Shown: one piece after another, positions 11,801-24,310 of the stretch
Layout: each line of letters starts with the position of its first letter
Numbering within the stretch: the first letter of the stretch is position 1
Assembly (NCBI GenBank): GCA_020536535.1
Contig: JAHLWZ010000763.1
Coordinates: forward strand, 1-37,300
From: Pelomyxa schiedti
Lineage: Eukaryota; Protista; Evosea
Length of the DNA stretch: 37,300 nt
Direction of reading: 5' to 3'
The notes under the pieces: generated by a model
Database searches by the model: none
The model's input: the letters and a program-made list of their open reading frames with translations, nothing else
Told to the model about the DNA's origin: nothing
Translations under genes and position numbers: made by a program

Positions 11801-13222
11801 ACAGCAAGAAGAAGCACCGGGCTTGGTGGCGGTGCCCAATCAGTGACAACGGGGAGTGGCCCGACGTGCCCACCGTCGAAGCAACTGGAATGTCACACAC
11901 ATTCCCTTTTCACAAAATGAATAACCGTGGGAACAACAGGTGGGACAAGAGGACCAGGAACCATCAGAGAGGATCACCTTTTGGTACTGTTGAGGTTCTT
12001 CTGTGAGAAAGGGTACCCTCCTCTGATCATCTTGAACATTGGAACCACTTTCAAGTGTGGATATGACCCAGTTGATACATTATGTGTGTGCCCTTTTCAC
12101 CTGTTTCCTCAATCAAACAAACCGAAACACTTCATTCCCCCACACAGTGCCACAAATACGGCAAGTTCTCGCGGAAACGAAAATGGAGAAGCGTGTGATG
12201 TGGCCAAAAGGATCGAAAAGAGAACAAAGACACATGGAGATCAGAGACGGATATTGGATCCACGTTGATGCTGCACTTGGTGGTTCTTATGTTCCTTTTC
12301 TTCGTCAGGTTCGGGTCATCCTCCCTTCCTTTTCTTCCCCGGATTTGAACTGATTGCATTTCTCCAAAACAGCGAGGGTACCAGCTTCCACAATTCGACT
12401 TCAGTCTTCCGATGGTTCATTCCATTTCGACTTCCTCACACAAGTTCATTGGGTCGCCCTTTCCAGGTGGAATTTACATGACAAAGGTATTTCGTTTCTG
12501 TTTTCCTGAACTCTGTCTCATTACTTTCTTTCTCCTCAGGCAAAATACCAGATCATCCCTCCAAGTACATTTTCGCCCTCTCCTCCCTCCCATCTGAAGA
12601 TTCTAAACTGCCGCCAGGTGACCCACAGTACATCGGCTCTCCGGACACAACATTCGCGGGATCCCGAAGTGCCCTCACGCCACTCTTCATGTGGAACGCC
12701 CTTGCGTCAACCTCGCAGTTCGAACTGGCGAACAGAGCAGAGAGATGTGTCCAGCTCACGCATTACTTTGTCGATCAGCTCCGGCAACTCGAGAAAAAGG
12801 TCTCCCGAATTCAGTTCCCAACTCTGTCAAACACTCAACAAACAAACACACACACACAGAACGCAGGGCGGAACCCGCCACAAGCGGAGCACCCCAGTGA
12901 CCTGTGGATCATCCACCACGGTTGCTCACTTGCTGTGTGCTTCAGGGCTCCGCACCGTGACACCACGTTCAAGTACAGTCTCAGCGGTGAGACTCTGGAT
13001 GAACCTGGTGTGGATTATGATGGAACCAGGAAGATGATGTTCCGGAGGACATGGAATCACGTTTATGTGATGCCGAGTGTCACAAAGCTCATGATTGACA
13101 ACCTCCTTGCTGATTTGGATTCTCATGGTTTCGCCTTAGGTATTTCCGCACGGAAATGCTCTGGATCCCTCTAATGAAAACTTACCAACCAAATTACAGA
13201 CTCTGAAATGGCAGTCATCTAA
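8881..13222 (+). CDS. Fusion gene: degenerate ArgE/M20 acetylornithine-deacetylase-like domain (~9130-10845) plus group II PLP-dependent amino-acid decarboxylase (VlmD/histidine-/serine-decarboxylase family, ~10960-13222), multi-exon
   Basis: Decarboxylase motifs LLGYQMN, NNVGDPF, YWGYILTMGAT/EANMYALFNARDYLSG, EDTHYSIIK, NIGTTFKCGYD, WIHVDAALGGSY, STSSHKFIGSPFPGGIYMTK (PLP Lys), YIGSPDTTFAGSR, HVYVMPSV. The end of the M20-like part and the start of the decarboxylase share one open frame (ORF 10518-11033). The last intron after ...GFAL gives DSEMAVI* (TAA 13220-13222). Confidence 0.85.
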
Positions 13223-13639
13223 CTCCGGCTATCGACACCTTTTTTGCTGGTTTTGTAATCAAATTTTTTTTCCCTCTTCGACTGTCGCAAATCCGGTGCC
13301 GCCGGTTTTGAGGGCTAACGACTCTACATGTGTCTGCGGTCATAACAGGCCACGTCAGGTCGCGCAGTTCGGTGCTCAGCCCGAGCCACTCTTCAAAGAG
13401 GAAAAAAAATACCCGTGGTTCAGCTAACAGATCAGGCTCCCAACCAAGGTGAACGTTCCCGACCTACCGTCCAGAACCATAGAGGTGAGGACAACACTGC
13501 CGGTTGTTTCGGCAAGAACAAGGCGAGTCTGGGGGGTGGGCATTGCTTAGAAATCATCAGAAACAATTAGAAACCGATTAGAACGTCCATTTTGTACGCT
13601 TTTTACGGGAAACTCACTATTACTTTACCCTCCGCCTAA

Positions 13640-14836
13640 AAGGATATTGAACCTCAGGGAGTGACAAGGAGCGGTGTGACCGAACACAAAAACATTTCTT
13701 TCATCCACGTTGTGGCCACGAACCTATTCAAAGCGGAGATGTGCACCCGAAATTTCATCTGCTTCACAATCAAGGCCTACACCAAATAAATAATAAAACA
13801 AAATGTAGACAGGATATGTGGATGTGGTTAAGTGCATGTGATTTATTTACTTACCTCTTAAAAAAATTTAAGTTGTGCGGCCAGGGCACAAATACCGGGT
13901 TAAGGATTATCTATAATTCGAGTTGCTCTCCATCATCGCAATTCCGTTACTTCCATAGTTTCACTCAAAATCAAGAACAACCTGGCCTTGTCCACGTTTC
14001 CCACTTTTACAATGTTGCGCTTTTGGCCTACCTTTTCAAACGGCTGGCGACTGAGAAACCTTCCCTTAATTGCAAGATAGTGTGCAAGATAACCGGTGAG
14101 GGTGAGCTACTGGACAAATATTTGGATTGTGATCAAAGCATTCAGACAGGACTCTTTGCAGGAAACTTTGGTGGAGGATCATCTTTGGGGATACCTATGA
14201 CACAGTGTGGCTTGATTCAAGACAAGGTATGAGATGACTCACATTTCCTCCATTTAACTAAGGTTCAACAGAGGACTTAGGGTGTTTAAAGTGGGGCCTT
14301 ATCGTCAACGTTCCCAGAGATACAGGGCATACAAGTCCCCTGGAAGTTGCCAAAAGTGTTTTTACTGCTCTTCGGGGTGGATTTCTTCACTGTACTCCCA
14401 ATTTATTTATGTGCTCGAACTCAAATATTAAAATAGACATTTGTCCCACCCTATCGGCATGTTCCTATAAATTGTAGCGACCATTGCGCCTTTACTCTCC
14501 AGGGGGCGCTCATATTTCTGAAAAATATAATGTTGTCCTAGTTTCCACCAGCGCATATAATGGTGACCAAGTCACTTCACTCTATTGGGTACCAAACAGA
14601 GCCAATATCTCTGGGACAACGGGACATGGGGTGCACCGAGGTGAATATCACACGCCACGGCAAAGTGGAGATGGAGGACATGGAATCACATTTATGTGAT
14701 GCCGAGTGTCACAAAGCTCATGATTGACAACCTCCTTGCTGATTTGGATTCTCATGGTTTCGCCTTAGGTATACAATGTTTGTAATTTCATTAGTTCACT
14801 AACCAGGAAATAGATTCCGAATCCTATGCCAGCTAG
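13640..14836 (+). pseudogene. Decayed tandem paralogue of the M20-decarboxylase fusion; most of the decarboxylase is deleted (5' boundary approximate)
   Basis: LRIIYNS; NVALLAYLFKRLATEKPSLNCKIVC vs NAGLVCYLFDRLALERPTIRCRVVC; EDLGCLKW...EVAKSVFTALRGGFLH/DICP; frameshift between CAFTLQG and HISEKYNV. ...NITRHGKVEM is joined out of frame to a ~100-bp near-identical copy of 13044-13143. Same terminal intron position followed by DSESYAS*. Confidence 0.8.
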
Positions 14837-14977
14837 GAGGTTTTGGGTGTTCAGTACCCTAGCCGGAATATGTTGTAATATTATATATTGTAGAAAAGGC
14901 ACTTATAATAATAACAAAAAGCAGTTCTTTTATGGAATTACAACAACAATCTAATCGGCAGTCTGTGTGTAAGTGTT

Positions 14978-17900
14978 TCAGGGACTGTGCTTGTCAGTAT
15001 CAGTGTAATCACTGTTTGGTGATGACACAATTCCCTCGTCATCAACGGAATCACCCAGTGATGATTCTGTGAATGTTGTGGTTGATGATGAAGCGGTACC
15101 AGTGGAATCAAGGGACAGTTGATGACACAGTGGTGATGAGGGTGATGATGTGATTGTGGTGCTTGTTGTTGCCGTTGTGGGAAGAGAGGTGGACAGTGGT
15201 GATTGTTGTTGCTGGTGGTGGATTCTGTTGGGTGATGAGGATTTGGATACTATGGGAATGGGAGCACTTTTGCCGGGAATAAGGGAGGTGGATTCTTGTG
15301 GATGTGGCGTTGAGTGGGAGGTGGATAGAAGAAGTGGGGATGAGCTGGATATTGGTGCTCGGTGTGATTCTGGTGAGTGTTCTTGTGGTGGGGGAGAATT
15401 GTGTGAGCTGGGTAGAGGACGCGGTGGTGAAGTGGGTTGTGGTGATGGTGATGGTGATAATGATGAAGGAGGATCACTGCCGGCACCTCGTTTGGAGGGC
15501 CGGATGGTGAGGTATGTGTTGAGCTTGGAGGATTTCCACGAAACCGGAGTAGTGTCAACACTTGATACCCAGGTATTTGCTGTGGAAGCGGTTGAGCTTT
15601 TGCTTCTTTCTCTCACTGAGCGGCCAGTTGTTGCAGTTACCTTTTCTTCCCCGGTACCTTGGGAAACTGAAGCTCTACATTGATACGCACCAACAACAAT
15701 GGCGGGATGTACTGTTGCATAAATCAATTTGCTAGGAAGGTGTATGAGGAGAAACGGAAAAGTGATTCGGAGATACTTCTTGGTGAAGAACAAGGTGCTA
15801 TAAGAAACTCCTGTTTGGCCGAATTTCTTGACAACAACGAAGGTCTCTGGATGCCAGGCAAAAATGGCGCCCTCAATGTCTGACGACCACACATATCTGA
15901 AGGTATGTGAGCTAAATTGTTTTGTTAACAGTCCCACCCAAGTGCTGTGCAAAGTGTTGTCACTTCACAAGAGTGACCAGCAAGTTGTGCAACGCAAATC
16001 TGATTGGTAAAATCTTAGCAGCAGTTACTGGTAAACTTACTCTTACCATTTCCGTCGAGCTAAAAACACAAATTTTTTTGGCGGCTCCAAACCAGACATG
16101 GGAGTCATCAACAGAGACCGGGCATATATATTTGCTTGGCAGAATATCTGGTTGTGCTGAGAACAAGGATTTACAAATGTAGAACCAGCTACTTCTCGTT
16201 AAAACCCGGTGCGTTCCCATTGTTGTTGCATCCAAAATAATGATTTTCTTGTAGCATCCAACCCACACATGGCCCAGACACTGGCACATTGAAATAATTC
16301 GAATCTCGGCTGGGTTGAAGCTAACTTTGTTCAGAATGTACTTTGTCTTGTAATATCGGTTATTGATTTACTGGAGAGTGGTCTCAAACTTGTGGGTGAA
16401 TCATAACAATTGTGGCCTCTGTGGATGACACTGACCAAACAGACCTTACGTCTCTAGCATCTGTTTCATTTGATGGTTGCATGATGGCCACCATACTTGA
16501 AATGATGTGCTTTTCGCCATGGGCATGAACATGACACTTGAATCTCGATTTCTAATGGATGTAGTGAGGATGGTAGTGGAAAAAAGAAGGTCACGTACTA
16601 GAGCATCAAAAATGGCAATTTTACCATATTCAGTTCCAGCCCACACTTCTCCCACAGTGGAGCCGTGACCACTTTCAGTGGTGGGGGCAGGAATATATAA
16701 CAGACAATATATGCGACATCTCTGTGATAGTGCGGAAAGGGATCCCATGAAGCATCCATGGACTGAGTCCAGTTTGCGAATTGTTCCATCTGCACATCCA
16801 ACCTGGAAAAAGGTGAACTTGAACTGTTATTCGAGAATATTGCTTACCCACAAAGTATCAGTAACAGAATCTGAGGCACTGCTCCAGATCTTCATTTCGG
16901 ACATGAACTCCCACAGTAGTTTGGGTTGTTCCGCGAGAGGAGCAATAACTTGTCAGTTGTGAAAAGCATCATACTTGTGGAATTGTTGCTACCTCTCTTA
17001 GGCTTTGTAATCTCTTCTCCCTTTCCAAGTACTGTACGAAGGCCTTCCACAATAGAACGAGTATTGGGTCTCTCTGAAGGATTGCTCAGCCAACACTGTT
17101 TGATTAAATTCGTAACCGAGGGGCTAAAAAGCTACTTAGAAGAAGAAAGAGGAGGTTGTTGAGTTACATTGGAAACGAATCAGGGAGAGTGGGGCGAAGC
17201 CCGTTCATGATGGCCACTTTCATGGATTGTTGCCTCCATTCCCATTTATTACCCTTCTTGATTGAATAGAGGTCATTTTCCGCGTACTCTGGGGAAAAAT
17301 GGTAAGTAAAACAGGAAAAAACCTTCCCACAAACCATCATAAGGGAATTGACGTGTGATAATTTCATAGAATACAATCTATTGCTCTTTCCATAAGAATA
17401 CCAATGGTGGAAGAATTACCCCAAAGCTGAAAATGTCTGAACGCTCATCATATGAATTGGATGAATCAATAACCTCAGGTGCTAACCACTGAAAAGTAAT
17501 ATTATGCCAATGCAAATGGTTTCTTTAAAATACCTGCCAGGTGGCGAGGTTTCCACTCACTTTTCCAGCGGCCGTTACACTAAGTCCAACTGTTTCGAAA
17601 TGAATTCAATTTGTAGGAAAATGATTAGAGCTTACAATCTGCAACTTTTGCTCGAACGGGAGCACTTGGGTCAAGTGTTTTTACCTTGTTAGGTTACTGG
17701 AGGGAAAAAAAATATTAAGTGGGACTACAAAAATGTTCGGGCTGCGGAGATCCCTGCACAGAAATGAATGTTATTTTTTCTACAGTCTGGGCTTACCTGT
17801 GAACTACAGGAGGGTGCAGTGAATGAAGGTAGTCAAGACCCTGTGCAATATCTAGTGCAAGTTGGAGTCGCAAGCGCCAACTGTCAGAGGAATTAGTTAT

Positions 17901-20900
17901 TTCATACTGAAACAGGAAAAAACCTCATTGGATGTGCGTATGAAGAATCCAGTTTGGGAATTGCATCAAGCCGTGATGACATTGAGAAAGGAAATTCTGC
18001 TGGTTATGTAGCGTCAGCAATTGTTTTCTCCATTTGTTGCTGTACATATTGGCATTTCCACTTCAGCTTTCTTGTGTAGAATTTTGAATAAATCGCCCAT
18101 TACCACAAATTCCATGATCATCATTGGCGGGGAGACACAAATGCCATAGAGTTTGACAATGAATGGGTTGTCTAACATACTGCAAAGAATCAAAAACGGA
18201 CTGCAGAAAAGGAAGGTACCTCATAAGCATAACTTCTTTCTTGAATTCCAACAGTTTTTCCAGAACTTCATCTTCTTCAGACTTGACAATTAATTCCTTG
18301 ACTGCGACTTCTCTCCCGTCCAACAAAGCTGATCAAGTGAGTTGAAAAAGTTACATAGGGTTGGAACCTTTGTATATTTTCCCAAATCCACCTATTGTTG
18401 CGTGAATAAGAGAAAGAATAAATGAAAACGAACCAGATCCAATTTGAACCATGTCAATAAGGTCAGCTGGGGATATGTGAAATTGAGTTTCTAACGTGAG
18501 GTCCGGAACAAGTGTATGAGGTCGAATTGCAATATTTTCAACCTGGGGAAGATTAATAAAGGAGCGTACTCAAAGAACGCAGCAAAGAATGTGATTGGAG
18601 AGAACCTTGCATGTTACAGTTGATCGAGACCCAATTGCAGCAACTATTTCATCAAGTGGAAACTGATGTGGAAGTGGGGCCTCCGGGTTGGACGTTGGGT
18701 CGGGGCAATGTGGACATGTAACGAGCTGTTTCATTCCAAGTTGCAGGTTTCTAGATACAAATTGGGAAGGGTAGGTCGAAAAGGATAAAGGAACCTGTAA
18801 AAGCAATCGATGGTGGTTTCAATGCATTCCAGAAGCTTTGTTAACAGGTAGGGTTTCTTCGAAAAAGTGAACAATGGAAAAAGTCCGTGAGAAAAAACTA
18901 TACAGAATCGACAGGTGTCCTAACAGTAAGTACCAAAAAGGGTGTATAACCAAACGTTGATTCAAAGACAATGGAGCCAAATTGATTTCGCGCATCTTGT
19001 TGGAAATGTTAGTGACATGTCATTCCTTTTACGCGTTTGATATACCACATTGAGGTGCAACCTCAAGGCGCATATTATTGTGCCAGAAGCAATGGCGAAC
19101 AATATTGTGGAGGTGCAAAACGCGGAGCAGAAGTCTTTCAAATAATCCAATGGGGACAATTGGAAAAACATACAATCGCTCTTTGTGCCATGGTAACAGT
19201 TGTACTTGATAAAAAGAATCATACCATATGTTTGAAGCTTTTCATCTTTCATATTTGGCCAAATCTGAACTGCTTCGGGTGGTTCATTTGATGAAAGGGA
19301 GCTAAGTAAAGGATGAAAAGAATGAGAGGGAAAACAAGCGAAATACCATGGAACAATATAACCCACTTGCCCGTTAATGCTGATCGGGTAGAGAATTAAA
19401 AATAATGATAACCTGGGGAAAGTTAATGTTGTGGACTTTGAGGTCTACCCGACACACAATTCTATCAGCAGAGGATGTATTTCAGGATCATAGGAGTGCC
19501 ATATCTGCTGAAGTCTTTCCAGTGGAAGGAAGCCATTGCTTACTGTGTCCGATTTAATATTAACCATGGTTACCATGACATCTTTTTATAAGAAAATGAG
19601 AAACTGGCTGAGGATTGCGTAATCCATTCCTACCTGAAAGATACTTTGGATTCAAAACAACATACTCTCCAAGATTAGAGTCTTTAGAGTCATAATAGAC
19701 AACGGACCCAATGTCGTGGAGAAATGATGCAACCTGCAAATGAGTCAAAACACTTGTTGAAGGGGAAACGACAACCTTCTTTGTTTGATTAGGCTCAACT
19801 CGGGCAGTGGAAGCTAAAGCGCAAAATTCAGACCAGTTTACAGTTTGCTTGAGGGATTTTTTTTCATTCAAGAGAGAATCAAGAGTCAGCCAAGACCCAG
19901 GCACCTGGTAATGTTTGATACTTCCCAAAGTGGGAGGGGAGTACCTTTTCCTGGAGAAATGCTTGTTTCTCAATCACTGTTGCACATATCATAGACTCAA
20001 GTTCACTCAGCTCTCCACCCCGTACATCAAGTGGAATGCACCCAATGGGTACACAAATGTGTCGGAACTGTGCATACAGACCTGAGCAAATGTCTCTTGC
20101 TTTATCTCGTGGCAATTTGTCCAGGCGTGTTCCGACCAGTAATACTGGAGGAAATGGCGGTTTTTGTACTGTGTGAGCAAGTTGCCTGGCTGAGTTAGAA
20201 AATATTGGATTTTGTGAAAACCTTAGCCAATATTCAGTTCTATGAGAATCTGGATTAAGCAAATCAAAGAATACAAGATAAAGTGCTCGTCCCGTAAGGA
20301 AAAACTAAACAGACATGACTAATGCGTTATCTTTTAGAAAAGAAAACCTGATGAGTAGGCAAGAAGGAATCCTGTCCCCCAAAGTCTTGTTTCCGGGAGT
20401 AAATACAAGTGAATATAATTAAGTTACAGTACAAACCCCAACAAGAAAAATTGACATCTCGGAGTTTGATGTCCTGAATGACAATTCCCTCTAGTTGGAG
20501 GTCAGTGGTACTTCACAACAAGTGTAGGAAACCTGTGACCGAGCCATCATGGGGTTTTCCCTGCAATCTTCTCAGAAGTGTCGTTTTGCCAACATTTTCC
20601 TGTAACGAGATAACTTTGGTTGATATTGGCATCCTTAAGAAAATCAGAACTAATACTTACTGGACCAATGAGAGCCAGCTTAATCTTTGGCCACCGCACT
20701 GACAAAGATAATGAGGCTCTTTGTTCACAATCCCTCAGGAAATCATCAACTGTGTTGAGAGTGGGAAGGAAATTGTTGCCCGGCTGGTAAATAAGTCTTC
20801 CCGTCCGCAAGTGGTGACTGAAACTGTGTGGCAGAATACTTATCTGAAAATCATACTCGTTACCACATAATGGGGTGGAGTTTCTACTTTGTTGTTACTG

Positions 20901-23292
20901 CAATTAAGATTCATAAACAAACAGTCTCCAAGGGATTCCGGCAACTCAGTTATATCATTGTGCTCAACCTATTTTGTATAAATTTTCAAAGAGAAAAATC
21001 GGTGGTCAACATTGAATTCTTGGAACCTTGGTGGGGGGGAAACTATCTCAGGAATACAGGTGATGAGATTCCCTGATTCTTCTAAGTCAGTGCACAAGTT
21101 TGAATGTAAAGCGTACATGACAAGTTGAGTGCCCGCAGTGTTTTGAGCTTAAACAGTTCGCCTGGAACTTCAGTCAAAATATTGTGTGATAAATTTATGT
21201 CAGTGATGGCTGTCATCCGCGATAATATTGACTGTTCAAAAGTGTCTGTTGGAAGTCTATTACTGCAATTAAAGTAAAAAAGGGAGTACTTGAAAGCCTA
21301 GGGAGCATCATAAAATTTAGACACACTGTGGAACTGCTTGGAAGTGTTCCAGGGAGAGGTCCTGTGTTTGTTTATCAGGAAGCAGTTCTATGAAAGGTAC
21401 GCACTTTCAGTGAAAGCAACAGACATAGATTCAATAGCCTTCCCATAAAGGAGTTGGTGGGTTGGAGACAGGTGTTTGAGCCAGTTACTCCGAGCCTTTG
21501 GGAAGTGTGCCATTAAAATAGTGAAGCATTGTATATCAAACAAAACATCTTCATCTGCAAAAATCTTTGTCATCCACATGGTGCTAAAACGAAAAGAAAT
21601 ACCATGCAAGTACAACAGTAAGGTATCAAGAGAATGTCCCTTTTTGATTGCGACATGAATCAACTCATCAAGGTAGTGGTAAGTTTCATCAACGAATTTA
21701 TTCTTGCTGAGATGGAACTGTTGGTAAGGGAGCTGTGAAAGAACACTCTGGGGGAGGCACGGCAGCATTTGCTTCCAGTTGGTTCCTCTCCTAATATCTG
21801 TCATAACAATACTTAAAAAAGACTTCAACATACTTTTTTTGTGTGGTGAAGGTAACCACCACGTCTTCAAAGAGGTGCTTGACAGCATTCCTGTCTTCTA
21901 TTGGCACTGACCTCACAGCCCAGCAAGATACTTCAGAACTTGTTGGTGAAAACTGAGGAGGAATAACAAATCCACTTCCTGTGCTTGTATTACCAGGAAC
22001 TGGTTCCCTGGTTGCAGTTGCACGGAAAAAAGAAGCTGATGATGTTTCTCCTTTCAACCAGTCAGCTAGTTCATCAGGAAATACAGGCCCAGCCCCTCTT
22101 TCAATCACTCTACTATTTAGATCCATTCTCTTTAACCTGTTATGGACAAGACTTTTATTTCCTGAGCACCACTCAGAAACCATGTCATGATCAATGATGC
22201 ACAAAAGTATCCGGCACTTGTGCCCATAAAGGCGCTGGGTAATTTGCAGACGGTCGTTTAAGTGCACGAAACTTGTTCTGTCAAGCATACTGAAGACATA
22301 AATTCCAATTTGAGGGGGATTAAGTGGTGGCTGATTCCGTGGATAAAGATTGATCTCCAGAGTTACTGGTCCACTTTCCAGAGCAAGTGTTTTTGATACA
22401 ACCTCAAGCTCTGTGTAAGAGTGAATGTTTTAGTGGAAGAAAAATAGGACAAACTCCGGCAATCGGGTTTCTCTTCAGAAAATAGACACAGTCCAGTAGC
22501 GAAATTCATCAACAGGGCCCGCGCAGTGATGTCCACATCTCCAGTCAGTGCAATCCTCAGCTCTATTTTTGTTCTCGCCTTCGCAACTCCTAGGGACATA
22601 CCCGGAATGTTTCCAGTGGGACTTGATTGACGCAACACTGGCTGCCTCGGTACCACAACCCCAGAACTCATACTAGAGCTATTAGCACCAGGAGCATTAC
22701 TACCGGTGCCATTATCAGTAGTAGTAGTAGCAGTATTATTCATATCATGAGTAACACTATTCAGTGGTGGCAGTGCCAGCACTCCATTCGCGGAAGCATC
22801 ATCAACACGCGGCACAGAAGGAGAATGAGGAGGTGAGGGCGGAGCCGAAAGGACCACGGATGAACCTCCTCCATTTTGTATGATGGGAGTAATATTGGTG
22901 ACAGTAACAGGACCGGTGGTACTGGATTCGGCGTTCAAACCGGAATTTACAGCCGGGCTCCCGCCGCCACCCACAATGGCCTTTTGCCACGTAGACGACG
23001 AGTTCGAGGACCTCCGCGCCGCCAACGGCGACACAGCCGGGGCTGTTGCCGGCCGCGACGAGAGCGTGGGCGAAGGCGGGGCCGCCCTGCCCGGCGTTAT
23101 GTTGCTGTTGCTCGCGGCGGCGGGGGCAACGACGGCGACTCCCCCGCGGACCCAAGACGGCGAGGACGGCGGGGGCGGCAGGAGGGCAGGCTGCTGCGTG
23201 TCCACGCCGTTGGCGGAGGCGGAGACGGTCGGGCCTGTTGTATCTGCGGGCTGCGTCGTGGCGCCGTTGGCGGCCGCGTGTGGCATAATCAT
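14978..23292 (-). CDS. Roco family kinase (LRR-ROC-COR-kinase-WD40-like) with an extra N-terminal degenerate small-GTPase-like domain, multi-exon
   Basis: [91 protein letters not shown]...YVVLNPKYL. Kinase [44 protein letters not shown]-like [32 protein letters not shown]. Ser/Pro-rich termini. Confidence 0.92.
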
Positions 23293-23543
23293 CTTTACGC
23301 AGGCTGCAGCACCGGTTTCGGTGCACGGAAAAGACAATCAAGATGACTGTTCCACGAAGCGTCCTTATGAGAATCACGGTCGGAACGACCTGTGGTGGGG
23401 TCAACGGCAGACAACTCTTACGCAATGTGTGCCGCTTCAACAACTTCATAAACGGAACACATTTGCTTTGATTATTGGGCTACTTCTACAAATGAATTTA
23501 TTTTTCCAACCCAGAAAGGAGGTGACTGGCGCCGGGGGGGTTC

Positions 23544-24168
<625 letters not shown>

Positions 24169-24310
24169 TTAATTATATAATTGCCATACCAATTGGCAGT
24201 CCAATTCGGACCAATTGCCCCCAAGTTCTCCAATTGCTCCCAAAGAAGGAACTTTCAAATAGGGAAATAGAATAAAGGGAAAGAAAAAGCTTTCTTTCTT
24301 GCTATTGTTT

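Noticed and set aside
13140-13174. ORF-track C-terminus ...GISARKCSGSL* for the decarboxylase
   Set aside because: The paralogue diverges right after TTAG|GTAT and both resume with D-S-E after an AG, supporting an intron and a stop at 13222.
13280-13545. GC-richer intergenic stretch as a possible ncRNA
   Set aside because: No tRNA, snRNA or snoRNA hallmark recognisable by eye. It may be the remnant 5' region of the pseudogene; an Infernal/Rfam scan would decide.
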